A stretch of DNA of 64,000 nucleotides from Alphaproteobacteria bacterium. Its GTDB lineage: Bacteria > Pseudomonadota > Alphaproteobacteria > UBA7879 > UBA5542. Where the stretch lies: assembly GCA_046317875.1 (NCBI GenBank), contig JBKCVN010000026.1, positions 12,617 to 76,616 of the forward strand, in the 5' to 3' direction. Positions 40,664-51,211 of the stretch are shown piece by piece; within the stretch, counting starts at the first letter, position 1, and every line of letters starts with the position of its first letter. Made by a program: the position numbers and the translations under genes. The notes beneath the pieces were generated by a model, which saw only the letters and a list, made by a program, of their open reading frames with translations, had not been told where the DNA came from and ran no database searches.

Positions 40664-42007
40664 TTGAGTTTTTACATGTCCATTCAAATTAAAGAAAATC
40701 CTTCTAAGACCCTTTTAAAAGAATTCGTGGTGACGATCCCCCACAAGGATATCGAAGTTCGCATTCAACAAGAACTAGAGGTCCGTTCCAAAACGGCCCG
40801 TATTCCCGGCTTTCGTCCAGGAAAAGTGCCCGTATCTGTGATCGAACAACGCCAAGGGGCCGAAATTGCTGATGATGTGATTGATCGTTTGGTTAAGGAA
40901 TCCAATGAAAAATTAATCAAGGATCGTGGATTTAGACCGGCTTTGCGCCCGTGTTCACACCCCAATGCGCCTTACAAAAAGGGTGAAGATTTTTCGTACG
41001 TGGTGCATGTAGAATTGTTGCCTGAAATCGAAGCAGTGGATTTACAAGCCCTTGATATTACCTGTTATAAAATCAAGAAAGATGCCAAAAAATTACTAGA
41101 ACTAACCACTTTGCGGGCAAAGGCTGCGGGTTCAAATGAACCGGTTAAGACCAAAAGAAAAACCCAAGTGGGCGATATTGTTAAGATCGATTTTGATGGA
41201 AAAATCGAAGGTAAACCTTTGAAGGGTGGGCAAGCCCAAGGGTATGAATTGGAATTGGGTGCCAAGCAGTTTATTCCAGGCTTCGAAGAAGGTTTGGTGG
41301 GGCATGAAAAAGGAAAAAGCCTAACCTTAAATTTGGCGTTTCCCAAAGATTATCATGAAAAAACAATTGCTGGAAAAGATGTGGCTTTTGACGTGACCAT
41401 TCACGAGATCCTAGAACGCATCCCAGCCCCTGTGGATGATGAATTGGCCAAAAAACATGGCTTTGAAAACCTTAAGGCCATGGAAGAGGCGAATGCTAAA
41501 ATTCTAGCCGATTCCCATGGTCGTATGGAACATGGACAGGCTAAACAAGCTGTATTGAACGCCTTGGCTAAGGTGTATTCCTTTGATGTTCCCCCTGGCA
41601 TGGTGGATATGGAATTGGACAGCATCTTCCAAAAATTAGCCGAAGAAGAAGGTATTTTAGAACCCACGGAAAGCCAAATTAAAGAATGGCGCAAAGAATA
41701 TGAAAAAATTGCCGAGCGTCGCGTGCGCTTAGGTTTGGTTCTGGCAGATGTTGGGAAACGTCATAACATCCAAGTCGAGCAAAAAGAATTGACGAACCTA
41801 GTATTGGCAGAAGCTCAACGTTACCCAGGGCAGGAAACCCAAGTGATCGACTATTATCGCCAAAATCCCGGGGCAGTGAACCATTTACGTGCCCAGATTT
41901 TGGAAGAGAAAACCGTCGACTTTATCCTAAAAACTGCTAAGATTAAGGAAAAAGAAGTTTCAGAAGAGGAATTCCTAAAAGTTGGTGAGGCAGCTGAGGT
42001 CCTCTAG
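40664..42007 (+). CDS. tig: Trigger factor
   Basis: Ribosome-binding N-domain (GFRPGKVP), FKBP-like PPIase domain, and a C-terminal arm. Confidence 0.85.
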   Translation: MSFYMSIQIKENPSKTLLKEFVVTIPHKDIEVRIQQELEVRSKTARIPGFRPGKVPVSVIEQRQGAEIADDVIDRLVKESNEKLIKDRGFRPALRPCSHPNAPYKKGEDFSYVVHVELLPEIEAVDLQALDITCYKIKKDAKKLLELTTLRAKAAGSNEPVKTKRKTQVGDIVKIDFDGKIEGKPLKGGQAQGYELELGAKQFIPGFEEGLVGHEKGKSLTLNLAFPKDYHEKTIAGKDVAFDVTIHEILERIPAPVDDELAKKHGFENLKAMEEANAKILADSHGRMEHGQAKQAVLNALAKVYSFDVPPGMVDMELDSIFQKLAEEEGILEPTESQIKEWRKEYEKIAERRVRLGLVLADVGKRHNIQVEQKELTNLVLAEAQRYPGQETQVIDYYRQNPGAVNHLRAQILEEKTVDFILKTAKIKEKEVSEEEFLKVGEAAEVL

Positions 42008-42032
42008 TTTATAACATAAATAGAGGTTTAAG

Positions 42033-42659
42033 ATGTCAGATCCACTATCCACTTATATGAACACTTTGGTTCCCATGGTGATTGAACAAACACCACGAGG
42101 GGAAAGATCATTTGATATTTATTCCCGCCTTTTGAAAGAGCGTATTATCTTTTTGGTAGGTGAAGTTAATGATCATACAGCTAGCCTCATTTGTGCACAG
42201 CTTTTATTCCTGGAAGCCGAAAACCCCAAAAAAGATATTTCTTTTTACATCAATTCCCCGGGTGGTGTGGTAACGGCAGGTCTTTCCATTTTTGATACCA
42301 TGAATTATATCAAGCCCGATGTTTCAACGGTTTGTTTGGGCCAAGCGGCTTCTATGGGATCGTTGCTGTTAACGGCAGGGGCCAAGGGTAAACGATATTG
42401 CCTGCCCAATGCCCGTGTGATGGTGCACCAACCCTTGGGGGGCGCCCGCGGTCAGGCCACGGATATTGAAATCCAAGCCCGGGAAATTTTATCCTTAAGA
42501 AAACGCTTGTACGATATTTATGTGGATTGTACGGGCCAGTCCTTTGAAACCATTGCGGATTCTATGGAGCGTGATAATTTCATGTCAGCCGAAGATGCCA
42601 AAAAATTTGGCTTAATTGATGAAATTGTCAAAACAGCGCCACACAGAAAAGACGAATAG
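42033..42659 (+). CDS. clpP: ATP-dependent Clp protease proteolytic subunit
   Basis: Catalytic Ser region [11 protein letters not shown]; His in MVHQPLGG. Confidence 0.9.
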   Translation: MSDPLSTYMNTLVPMVIEQTPRGERSFDIYSRLLKERIIFLVGEVNDHTASLICAQLLFLEAENPKKDISFYINSPGGVVTAGLSIFDTMNYIKPDVSTVCLGQAASMGSLLLTAGAKGKRYCLPNARVMVHQPLGGARGQATDIEIQAREILSLRKRLYDIYVDCTGQSFETIADSMERDNFMSAEDAKKFGLIDEIVKTAPHRKDE

Positions 42660-42967
42660 ATCCTGAAATTTTTTCCTCTTTAGGCCCCTTGTGATCCAAG
42701 GGGCGAATTACGCATAAGTTATGATCATAAAATTCTTTGAAATGAAGTGTTCTCTTATCGGGATTTTTTCCCCTGGTGCCAATGTGAACCATAGGCTTCC
42801 TGAGAAAGAATCTTCAGAAAATGTTACAAGGGTTTTTGGTCTCCCTTATTGGTCTTTAGTGGGGAAAGGTTGAGACAGGACTTTTAACCAAGTGGTTGTA
42901 GGTCTTTTTTTAATGAAGATATAATAATAGTTTAGTGAGAGAGCCTCAACCAGCAGAGATATGAAAG

Positions 42968-43657
42968 CTAGCAAAGATATTTAATAATGATAAATCCACC
43001 AATCAGTAACCCTAGGAAAAGGGAACTGACCAACATCATGTTTTCTTGAATAATAGTGTTCATTCGGGCCCCCCATTTCCATACCACGGCGGCTTCTAGG
43101 TAGAAACGAATGGCGCGGGACAGGGTAGAGGCCACCATAAAAAGCCAGAAATCAAACTTTACAGCGCCTGCTGTGATGGTGACCAGTTTAAACGGAATGG
43201 GGGTGAAGGCTTTTATCACAATGGCCCAAAATCCCCACTCGTGAAAAAAAGCTTGGAAGGTAGCCATTTTATCCACCAATCCATAGGTTTGTAAAATGGG
43301 CATTCCCAGCCGTTCAAATAAATAAAACCCAATGGCATATCCTAGGGCGCCCCCCACCACAGAGGCAGCGGTGGTTACGAAGGCCAGAAACCAGGCCCGC
43401 TCTTTATGGGCCACAATCATGGGAACCATCATGGGATCAGGGGGTATAAAGGAGATCGAGCTTTCGGTAAAAGAAACCAGCGCTAAATACCAGGGGGCAT
43501 GACGATGTTTAGATTTTTCTAAGAGCCAAAGATACAATTTTTTCATCTTCCCCAGCATAGAAGACCAGGCAGGGCTTGTCAAAGTCTTCGTGACACCCTT
43601 ATCAGAGTATTGTAATGTTTTTTCATGCGGTTGTTTTTTTATACTTTTTGGTTCCAT
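42968..43657 (-). CDS. DedA/SNARE-associated family membrane protein
   Basis: DedA signature region (FIPPDPMMVPMIVAH...) with multiple TM helices. Confidence 0.7.
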   Translation of the reverse strand: MEPKSIKKQPHEKTLQYSDKGVTKTLTSPAWSSMLGKMKKLYLWLLEKSKHRHAPWYLALVSFTESSISFIPPDPMMVPMIVAHKERAWFLAFVTTAASVVGGALGYAIGFYLFERLGMPILQTYGLVDKMATFQAFFHEWGFWAIVIKAFTPIPFKLVTITAGAVKFDFWLFMVASTLSRAIRFYLEAAVVWKWGARMNTIIQENMMLVSSLFLGLLIGGFIIIKYLC

Positions 43658-44068
43658 ATAAGATTCTTTTTCTTAGTGCCTTTTTGGGCATTTCAAAGGT
43701 TCTTTCGTGGCCTTTTTAAACGTCGCCCTATGGATTCATGGCAAGGAAAAGACCTGGCTTTGTTTGAAAATGCCCAAGGTCAGTTAAAATGTGTGGGGTG
43801 TAAACTATGCGAGATTGCCTGCCCCGCAGAAGCCATTTTTATTGATACGAATGTGGATGATAAAGGGCAGCCCTATCCCCAACGGTTTGATGTGGATATG
43901 GGAAAGTGCATTTCGTGTGGGTTATGTGAACAGGCGTGCCCGGTAGATGCCATTGGGTTCGTGGATCGTTTGTCGCTAAGCTTGGATGATAAAAAAAGCC
44001 TTTATTATTCAAAAGATACTTTACGGCTAAATGGCCAATCAGGGGCCAAGAAGGAAGGTGGGGTATGA
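43625..44068 (+). CDS. nuoI: NADH-quinone oxidoreductase subunit I-like 2x[4Fe-4S] ferredoxin
   Basis: Two CxxCxxCxxxCP motifs (CKLCEIACPAEAI; CISCGLCEQACPVDAI) and RFDVDMGKC typical of NuoI. It carries an unusual hydrophobic N-terminal extension. Confidence 0.7.
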   Translation: MRLFFYTFWFHIRFFFLVPFWAFQRFFRGLFKRRPMDSWQGKDLALFENAQGQLKCVGCKLCEIACPAEAIFIDTNVDDKGQPYPQRFDVDMGKCISCGLCEQACPVDAIGFVDRLSLSLDDKKSLYYSKDTLRLNGQSGAKKEGGV

Positions 44069-44703
44069 ACGCATACGATATGGGATTTTATGCCCTGGCC
44101 ACGGGAATTGCTGGCACCAGCTTTTTGTTTCTATATCTGAAAAACCCCATCCGAGTTTTGCTTGCCTTTGCCTTTTTGGTGGTTGCAATTGTTGGATTAT
44201 TAATTTTATCGGGCGCCATCTTTCCGGCCTTATTAGTGCTTGTTTTTTATGCCGCTTTGATCAGTGCTTTTTTAATTTTTCACATGATGACCCAAAACCA
44301 CACATCCCCCAAGGTGCCACCCTTAACCTGGGGATATAAGGTGTTTTCTTTATTCATATTATCTGCTTTGGCCGCAGAAATGGGTTTTGTATTAATCCAC
44401 AACTCTACTTTATCTTTTGATGCCCCTGTCAAATCAGAAACAAGCCTGTCACCTACTTTGATAGGGGAAATTTTGTATACAGATTATCCCTTTTTTGTGG
44501 TGTATTTGGGTATCCTATTTTTTGTGACTTTTTTAGTGGTTATTTTGCTAACGGGGTCCAAAAAATCAAAATCATCTAAGCAGAGATCCGTTGAAAAAGT
44601 TCAAAGAAATATGGTATCTATTGAGTTGAAAGACTTAAAATTTACCAAAGATGCTGATGAGACTGATCAGTCAGAGGTATCTAGACCAGATCAAGCTTTG
44701 TAA
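44065..44703 (+). CDS. nuoJ: NADH-quinone oxidoreductase subunit J-like membrane protein with a charged C-terminal tail
   Basis: Translationally coupled to nuoI (ATGA overlap). NuoJ-like N-terminal TM pattern (GFYALATGIAGTSFLFL...). Confidence 0.6.
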   Translation: MNAYDMGFYALATGIAGTSFLFLYLKNPIRVLLAFAFLVVAIVGLLILSGAIFPALLVLVFYAALISAFLIFHMMTQNHTSPKVPPLTWGYKVFSLFILSALAAEMGFVLIHNSTLSFDAPVKSETSLSPTLIGEILYTDYPFFVVYLGILFFVTFLVVILLTGSKKSKSSKQRSVEKVQRNMVSIELKDLKFTKDADETDQSEVSRPDQAL

Positions 44704-45296
44704 AAAATGTGTTGGTGAATTTCAGCCACACGAAGCATGTTTTTTTGTTGGGCCCAGGTGGGATTCACCCATCGGGCGTGATAATGGTTGGCCCCATGGG
44801 TAATGTCTTTGTCGGATAAAAGGGCCAAGAGGGTGGCTTGGTACGCTTGTCGGAAATCGGGATTATTAAAGGTTACCGATTGGATGGCATAATAATTAGG
44901 ATCTTGTTCATTCCAACAAGAAAATTGATTCTTTTGTAAAATAACTGCTTGCACGGAATTGGGCCAATTTCGGTGGTCCTTGACACGATTTAAAATGACA
45001 TGGGCAATGGCTTTCAAAGCCTGAATTGATTTTTCACCGCGGGCCTCTCCAAAAACCGTGCGCGCGATCAAATCAATCTCTTTTCTTTGCGAGGGGGTGA
45101 GGGGGCGCAAATAGCCTTTTAAATCGGACAAGGAAGGTAAGGGGTTTGACTCGAGGGCATATAAGGGGTTGCGATAATGATCAAACAAGAGATAGCTGCC
45201 TGCAAACCCTAGCATGCCTAAACCCATCAAAAAGGCAAAATAGGATGTTTTTGCCTTGAGAGAATTTTTTTCTGGTGCGGGGGTAGGGCCTATCAT
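44691..45296 (-). CDS. SleB-like cell wall hydrolase
   Basis: Hydrolase_2 motif ARTVFGEARGE...ILNRV...FSCWN; N-terminal TM anchor. Confidence 0.7.
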   Translation of the reverse strand: MIGPTPAPEKNSLKAKTSYFAFLMGLGMLGFAGSYLLFDHYRNPLYALESNPLPSLSDLKGYLRPLTPSQRKEIDLIARTVFGEARGEKSIQALKAIAHVILNRVKDHRNWPNSVQAVILQKNQFSCWNEQDPNYYAIQSVTFNNPDFRQAYQATLLALLSDKDITHGANHYHARWVNPTWAQQKNMLRVAEIHQHIFYKA

Positions 45297-45297
45297 C

Positions 45298-45852
45298 TTA
45301 TACGGCCCTTACTTCGGTGACTTCGGGGACATAGTACCTGAGCATATTTTCTATGCCTGACTTGAGCGTCATGCTTGAGCTGGGGCAGCCCGAGCACGCC
45401 CCCTGTAAGCGCAAATACACCACGCCATCTTCAAAGCGATCAAAGATAATGTCCCCGCCATCCTGTGCCACCGCTGGCCGTACCCGGGCTTCCAAGAGTT
45501 CTTTGATTTCCTTGACGATTTCCGAGTCATTTTGATCATTGGCAGGAATAGGGGAATCCTGTGTGGAGGGTTCCTTTAAAATGGGTTGGTTTGCCATTAA
45601 ATGTTCCATAATGGTGCCCATCACCGAAGGTTTCAAAAAGGGCCATTCGATGGTATCCGATTTGGTGACGGTAATGAAATTAGTTCCAATAAAGACGGTC
45701 TCCACACCCTGGAGTTCAAACAATCGAAGGGCAAGGGGAGAGTTCTTTGCTGTGGCCTTATTGGGAAAATCCATGGGCTGGTCCAACAGGTGGGTGCCTG
45801 GAATAAACTTAAGGGCTGATGGGTTTGGTGTTTGTTCTGTTTGAATAAACAT
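45298..45852 (-). CDS. Nfu/NifU-like Fe-S cluster assembly protein
   Basis: C-terminal Nfu domain with CSGCPSS (CxxC). Confidence 0.75.
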   Translation of the reverse strand: MFIQTEQTPNPSALKFIPGTHLLDQPMDFPNKATAKNSPLALRLFELQGVETVFIGTNFITVTKSDTIEWPFLKPSVMGTIMEHLMANQPILKEPSTQDSPIPANDQNDSEIVKEIKELLEARVRPAVAQDGGDIIFDRFEDGVVYLRLQGACSGCPSSSMTLKSGIENMLRYYVPEVTEVRAV

Positions 45853-45919
45853 TTAAGCTCCTTGTTTCATGGTGAAACGGGCCCACTATATGCTTATTTG
45901 TTTAAAAAGTCAAAACCTG

Positions 45920-46240
45920 TTAAAGGGCGGACTGGATCCACTCTTTTAGTTTTACCTTAGGTAACATCCCAATTTTTGTATCCACAGGGTGTCCATTGTT
46001 GAAAAGAATCATGGTGGGAATGGTGCGCACATTATAATGGGCAGCTGCCTGGGGGTTTTGATCAATGTCAATCTTTACAATTTTAACCTGCGTACCCATA
46101 TCCTGTGCCAGTTCTTCCAGAACGGGGCCTAACATTTTGCAAGGACCACACCATGGCGCCCAAAAATCCACCAGAACGGGGGTTGAAGCCTTTAAAACTT
46201 CTAATTCAAACGTGGTATCTGTAACGGGATTGGTGGGCAT
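45920..46240 (-). CDS. trxA: Thioredoxin
   Basis: WAPWCGPCK active site. Confidence 0.9.
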   Translation of the reverse strand: MPTNPVTDTTFELEVLKASTPVLVDFWAPWCGPCKMLGPVLEELAQDMGTQVKIVKIDIDQNPQAAAHYNVRTIPTMILFNNGHPVDTKIGMLPKVKLKEWIQSAL

Positions 46241-46435
46241 ATTTTTTGTCCTTTTTTGTAAAGAATTGTAGAAACGATTATATAGAAAATGGAATCAAGA
46301 TGGAACAGTTTTTTGGGCTTTATAAAAAAAAATTTTTGAACCCAAAATTCCGTTGATTTTTATATTTAGTTGCAACACCATTATAAAAGTTGGGATTCTA
46401 TCATTCCCTCATTTTACTAACATGGAGAAAAACAT

Positions 46436-47887
46436 ATGACACACGGGACCAAATTAAGCAGGCTATTTGTGATAAGTACTCTTTTGCTGGCCGGAACGGC
46501 CATGGCTTCTGCCGTTGCGGAGGATATGGATGGTATGACTAAACTAACCATCAAGGAGCGAATTGCACATGCGCGTAGTTTGAATGAACTTTATACCTTG
46601 GCAGCAAAAGAACAAGAAACCCGTCTAGACACTTGGAAGAAACTAAAGGATGGCCAAGATCATGATGCTTTGGATCGTGCTATCACCTCGTTAGCGGATT
46701 TGAAAAAATGGATTACCTTGAGTTGTATGGAGTTAACGGGTCTTAAGCCTGGAGAGAAAACAGAGCGTGCGCGGGTTCGTCAGCATTTCTTTGATGAAAC
46801 AAGCGCAGAATACAAATCTTTTGCTGAAAAAATAAAAGGTCTTTCAAGCTCTAAAACTGAAGCCGGTTCTTTATCCGTAAAGGCAGGGGAACTATATGGT
46901 CAGTTAGTGGCTCAAGCTGGGCAAAGGGCTGCATTTTATAAGGACGCTTTTGCCATGATCACAAGCGATACAGAGATGTTTTCAAAAGAAGGATTTGGAG
47001 CTGCTTTAAACTCTTGGACTGGGGGATATGCAGAATCATTAGAGGCTGCTTTAGGAAAGTATTTCTATGCAAAAAATCCTGCTTTAACTTTGTTAATGGT
47101 GCCTAAGGAAGAGCTAGAATCAGCACATAATATTGTTTCCCTGATGGAAAAATTCCATGAACCTTTGGGCATTTCTAAGGATTCTAATCCCATTTATATG
47201 GCGTCATTTGGGGATGAATTTGTGCAAAAGAGAAATGCATTAGAAGGAAGTCTTTCTTTGTCTGAGATGCATTCTTATATTGAAAATAAAGAGTTTTGGG
47301 AAGGAACAACCCCTGTCGATCAAACTTTAAATACTGTACCAACAGCAGCATCGGCAGACAAGGAAGAACCCACGTCTTCTGAGGGTCAAGAGCCCCCTTT
47401 AAGTGCAGAAGCTTCGTCTGCAGTATCCACACCCGAGGTAGAGTCTAGCCAGTCTAGGGTTGAAGGCCCAGTTGTTCCAAAATTTTTACCTGCGATTGGG
47501 ACGTTGGCTCAAGAAACTGTTACTTCTTCAGCTATTCCCATGGGTGAGGCTCCTGCATCAGTGAGTGGGGCCCCTGCGGAAATGTCAGCCGTAGAAAAAT
47601 CAAGGGATGTGCCCTCGATTTCCGTTTCTTCAGTGTCTTCTAATAGCACGCCGTCATCTGAAACTTTGGAAGATGAGCCAGCAGCGGACCCCGTTTCGGA
47701 TAAACAAGAGCCGCAGGCAAATGTTCAGGTATCTCTGCCTGGGGCAACTGCTTCTTCTGTATCCCAACAGAGTTCTTCGGCAGCCCAGGTTGTACAATCA
47801 GCGCTTTATCAACTTCCGCAGAAAGATGAAGGGATGCAGAATCCACAAGGGCATGGTAAAAAAAAAAATAAGAACAGACATAAATAA
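46436..47887 (+). CDS. Secreted protein with a Ser/Pro/Thr/Glu-rich low-complexity C-terminal half and a basic tail
   Basis: Signal peptide LFVISTLLLAGTAMASA. The C-terminal ~200 aa are S/P/E/A/V-rich; ends in GHGKKKNKNRHK. Confidence 0.45.
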   Translation: MTHGTKLSRLFVISTLLLAGTAMASAVAEDMDGMTKLTIKERIAHARSLNELYTLAAKEQETRLDTWKKLKDGQDHDALDRAITSLADLKKWITLSCMELTGLKPGEKTERARVRQHFFDETSAEYKSFAEKIKGLSSSKTEAGSLSVKAGELYGQLVAQAGQRAAFYKDAFAMITSDTEMFSKEGFGAALNSWTGGYAESLEAALGKYFYAKNPALTLLMVPKEELESAHNIVSLMEKFHEPLGISKDSNPIYMASFGDEFVQKRNALEGSLSLSEMHSYIENKEFWEGTTPVDQTLNTVPTAASADKEEPTSSEGQEPPLSAEASSAVSTPEVESSQSRVEGPVVPKFLPAIGTLAQETVTSSAIPMGEAPASVSGAPAEMSAVEKSRDVPSISVSSVSSNSTPSSETLEDEPAADPVSDKQEPQANVQVSLPGATASSVSQQSSSAAQVVQSALYQLPQKDEGMQNPQGHGKKKNKNRHK

Positions 47888-48181
47888 TCAAGAATCAATT
47901 CCATCTTTACAGGAAGGGGCTACCATGCGGGAGTCCCTTCCTTTTGTTTCTGGGGCGGCGGATTTCATGGTTCCTGTACCAGAGGAAGAAACTTGGGTGG
48001 GGAGTCCCATGACCAGTCTTGATCTTTTAAAAGAGGGAGGAGAGTGGTTGCTAAAAGCGGGCAAGGGATTGCTGGATGCATTCTCTGACCAGGATGAATC
48101 GTGGCCTGCCTCTTTTTAAAAAGCTTAAATCTATTCTGGGGGAGACAAAAGGGGCGTATTGGAATAGAAAGAGTATTTTCC

Positions 48182-50239
48182 TTAGAGCTTGCCCAAATCA
48201 CAAATACGCGCACAGGCCGTTTCAATCTGTTTTAACAGACTGAGACGGTTGTGACGCCGTGTGGGATCGGGATCCTGCACCATTACATTCGCAAAAAACA
48301 CCTCGAGAGGGGCTTTGAGCTGGGAGAGGGCATGAATAGCCTTTCCATATTGGGGAGTATGAGTATCAAGAAATATTTTGAGCGCTTGCTCTGTTTCCTG
48401 AAGGGCATCAAATAATTTTTGCTCTTCTGAAGTGAAAACAGAGGAATCAAAGCGCACATCTTGGAAGCCAGCTGTTTGCTTTAGAATATTGGCTGCGCGC
48501 TTGTATACAGTAATAAAGTCAGGGCCTTCGGGTGATTCAAGGAAAGACTTTAGGGCCGACAGTTTTTGGTTAAGGTCGGTGATGGACCCATCCCATTGGG
48601 GCCCCATGACGGCATTCAGAAGAGATGCCGAATAGAGGGGTTTTAAATAGACGCTGAGACGATCTTCTAAAAATTCTTTCACAGCTGACTTTGCTTTTTC
48701 TTTAGTGGCTGTGGGGAAAGCGTAAGGACTGAGGGCTGCAGAAATTAAATCTGGCAACCGTACGTCTAGTTCATTTTCATGAATCAGGCGAATGATTCCC
48801 AAGGCTGTACGCCGCAAGGCATATGGATCTTTTGAGGCTGTGGGTTCCAACCCTGCTGCAAAGAATCCCACAAGCGTATCCAGTTTATCCACCAACGCCA
48901 CATGGATGCTGAGGGGGTCTTTGGGGCATGTGTCCTGGGGTCCGGCTGGTGCATAGTGAGTGCGGATGGCCTCTGATACCTGGGAAGAGAGCCCCTGGGC
49001 CCGTGCATAGTGGCCCCCCATGATGCCTTGCAGTTCAGGAAACTCGCCCACCATGCCCGTGGATAGATCGGCTTTTAACAAGCTGATAGCCTGTTGCGCT
49101 TGTTGGGGATTAAGGGTGGGAAAGTGGGGTAAAAGCGCAGAAGACGTCTGGTGTAGACGATTAATTTTATCGGCAATGGTACCCAGTTTTTCTTGGAAAA
49201 TACGGTGGGCTAGGGGTTTGTTCCATTCTTCTAGGGGGCGCCTCATATCTTGTTCCCAAAAGAAATGGGCATCGCTAAGGCGCGCGCGCAAAACTCGCTC
49301 GTTTCCATCAATAATCGTTTGACCTTGATCGGGGGTTTCCATATTAGAAACAATCAAGAAATGGGGGGCCAGTTTTCCATTCTTATCGCGGGTGGCGAAG
49401 TACCGTTGGTGGGTACGCATAGAAGTGATGAGAACCTCTTCGGGCAGTTGGGTAAAGCGTTCTTCAATGGTGCCCATCAACACCACGGGCCATTCCACCA
49501 GATTGGCTGTTTCTTGCAACAATCCACTGTCTTCTTCCAGGGTTAAGCCTTTCGAGGCCAGCAAAACATCGATTTGTTCCTGAATGGATTTTTGACGTTC
49601 GAGGGGTTCCACCTGAACATAGTTTTGAGCCAGTTGTATTTTATAGTCCGCATAGTTTTTAACCATGATTTGATGCGGCGACATAAACCGGTGTCCATAG
49701 GTATGGGCACCGGCCTGGATGTTTAAGCTTTTTAAGTATACGGGCACAATCTGGCCGTCGAAAAGGGCCAGGATCCCATGAAGGGGGCGGGCCCAAACAA
49801 AGGTGTCTGTTTTCCAGCGCATGCTTTTGGGCCATTCAAAATTTTCTAAGGTTTCTTTAATGAGGGTCGCCAAAATTTGGGCCATAGGCTTGCCTTGCTC
49901 GTGCACAGTGGCAAAGAGAAAGGGGCCCTTGTCACCCACGTGCTTTTCTTCGCAGTCGGAACGATTTTTATGGATAGATTTTAAAAAACCATCAATGGCT
50001 GCTGGGGGGGCATCAACACGGGGACCACGTCGTTCTTCGGACCGATCGGCCTGTACCAACGGAAGACCAGTAATGATCATGCCCATACGCCGGGGGGTGC
50101 CGAAGGTTTTAATGGATTCGAAGGATAGGTTTTCTTTTTTCAGCCTTAAATCAAAGGCGTTTGCCAATTGGGCTTGTCCCAGGGTCTGAAAGGCCGCTGG
50201 GATTTCTTCAGAAAAAATTTCTAATAAAAATTCGGTCAT
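48182..50239 (-). CDS. glyS: Glycyl-tRNA synthetase beta subunit
   Basis: GlyS family. The likely start is [14 protein letters not shown], giving a 4-nt ATGA overlap with the glyQ stop. The track ORF extends 50 codons further upstream. Confidence 0.85.
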   Translation of the reverse strand: MTEFLLEIFSEEIPAAFQTLGQAQLANAFDLRLKKENLSFESIKTFGTPRRMGMIITGLPLVQADRSEERRGPRVDAPPAAIDGFLKSIHKNRSDCEEKHVGDKGPFLFATVHEQGKPMAQILATLIKETLENFEWPKSMRWKTDTFVWARPLHGILALFDGQIVPVYLKSLNIQAGAHTYGHRFMSPHQIMVKNYADYKIQLAQNYVQVEPLERQKSIQEQIDVLLASKGLTLEEDSGLLQETANLVEWPVVLMGTIEERFTQLPEEVLITSMRTHQRYFATRDKNGKLAPHFLIVSNMETPDQGQTIIDGNERVLRARLSDAHFFWEQDMRRPLEEWNKPLAHRIFQEKLGTIADKINRLHQTSSALLPHFPTLNPQQAQQAISLLKADLSTGMVGEFPELQGIMGGHYARAQGLSSQVSEAIRTHYAPAGPQDTCPKDPLSIHVALVDKLDTLVGFFAAGLEPTASKDPYALRRTALGIIRLIHENELDVRLPDLISAALSPYAFPTATKEKAKSAVKEFLEDRLSVYLKPLYSASLLNAVMGPQWDGSITDLNQKLSALKSFLESPEGPDFITVYKRAANILKQTAGFQDVRFDSSVFTSEEQKLFDALQETEQALKIFLDTHTPQYGKAIHALSQLKAPLEVFFANVMVQDPDPTRRHNRLSLLKQIETACARICDLGKL

Positions 50240-51123
50240 TCCGGGGTCTTGGCTCCTTGACTGATGGCCCATGATTGGCAACAACCTTTGGCAATTTCGC
50301 GTACGCGGGCAATGTACGAGGGGCGTTCGGTTACACTGATCATCCCGCGGGCATCCAACAGGTTGAAAAGATGGCTGGCTTTTAAACATTGGTCATAGGC
50401 CGGCAGGGGAAGATTTTTGTCTAATAAATGGCGGGATTCTTGTTCCGCATCTTGAAACTGGCGGAATAAAATATCCGTATTCGCCTGTTCGAAGGCATAA
50501 TGGGAAAATTGACGCTCGTTTTCAAAAAAAACATTCTTATAGGTAATTTCGTCTGGGCCCGTAAGACCATTCCAGTTCAGATCAAAGATGCTTTCTTTTT
50601 TCTGAATCACCAAAGCCAAACGTTCCAGCCCATAGGTGAGTTCGACCGAAATGGGTGCGCAGGGCAGACCCCCCATTTGTTGAAAATAGGTGAACTGGCT
50701 GACCTCGGCGCCATTACACCACACTTCCCAGCCCAATCCAGCCGCGCCCAGGGTGGGACTTTCCCAATCATCTTCCACAAAGCGAATATCATTGATTAGG
50801 GTATCCACCCCAATCGCCTTTAGGCTTTCAAGATATAATTCCTGGGCATTTTCGGGGGTGGGTTTAATGATGACCTGAAATTGATAATAGGATCCTAAGC
50901 GGTTAGGGTTTTCACCATATCGTCCATCGGTGGGTCGACGCGAGGGTTGCACATAGGCGGCCCGCCAGGGATGGGGATCAATGGATCGCAAGGCGGTGGC
51001 AGGATGAAAAGTACCGGCCCCCATTTCCACATCATAGGGCTGAAGGATGGCACATCCTTGTTTGGCCCAAAAGTTTTGTAGGGCTAAAATAATACTTTGA
51101 AAGCTGCGCTGAGAATCTAACAT
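50236..51123 (-). CDS. glyQ: Glycyl-tRNA synthetase alpha subunit
   Basis: Highly conserved GlyQ ([24 protein letters not shown]). Confidence 0.9.
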   Translation of the reverse strand: MLDSQRSFQSIILALQNFWAKQGCAILQPYDVEMGAGTFHPATALRSIDPHPWRAAYVQPSRRPTDGRYGENPNRLGSYYQFQVIIKPTPENAQELYLESLKAIGVDTLINDIRFVEDDWESPTLGAAGLGWEVWCNGAEVSQFTYFQQMGGLPCAPISVELTYGLERLALVIQKKESIFDLNWNGLTGPDEITYKNVFFENERQFSHYAFEQANTDILFRQFQDAEQESRHLLDKNLPLPAYDQCLKASHLFNLLDARGMISVTERPSYIARVREIAKGCCQSWAISQGAKTPE

Positions 51124-51211
51124 CTATTATCCAAAAATATGGCCCCAGTCTAATGGAAGTTTGTAGGAAACTCAACCATGCTGACCAATATCTTTGCTAT
51201 TTTAAAAAGGT

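Noticed and set aside
47607-48119. 170-aa ORF overlapping the 3' end of the S/P-rich protein gene
   Set aside because: Alternative frame of the low-complexity region; only the last 64 codons (47925-48119) are non-overlapping and even those are uncertain
50236-50389. 50-codon 5' extension of the glyS ORF in the track
   Set aside because: The extension overlaps the glyQ 3' end in another frame. The conserved GlyS N-terminus ([14 protein letters not shown]) begins at 50239 with the typical ATGA coupling
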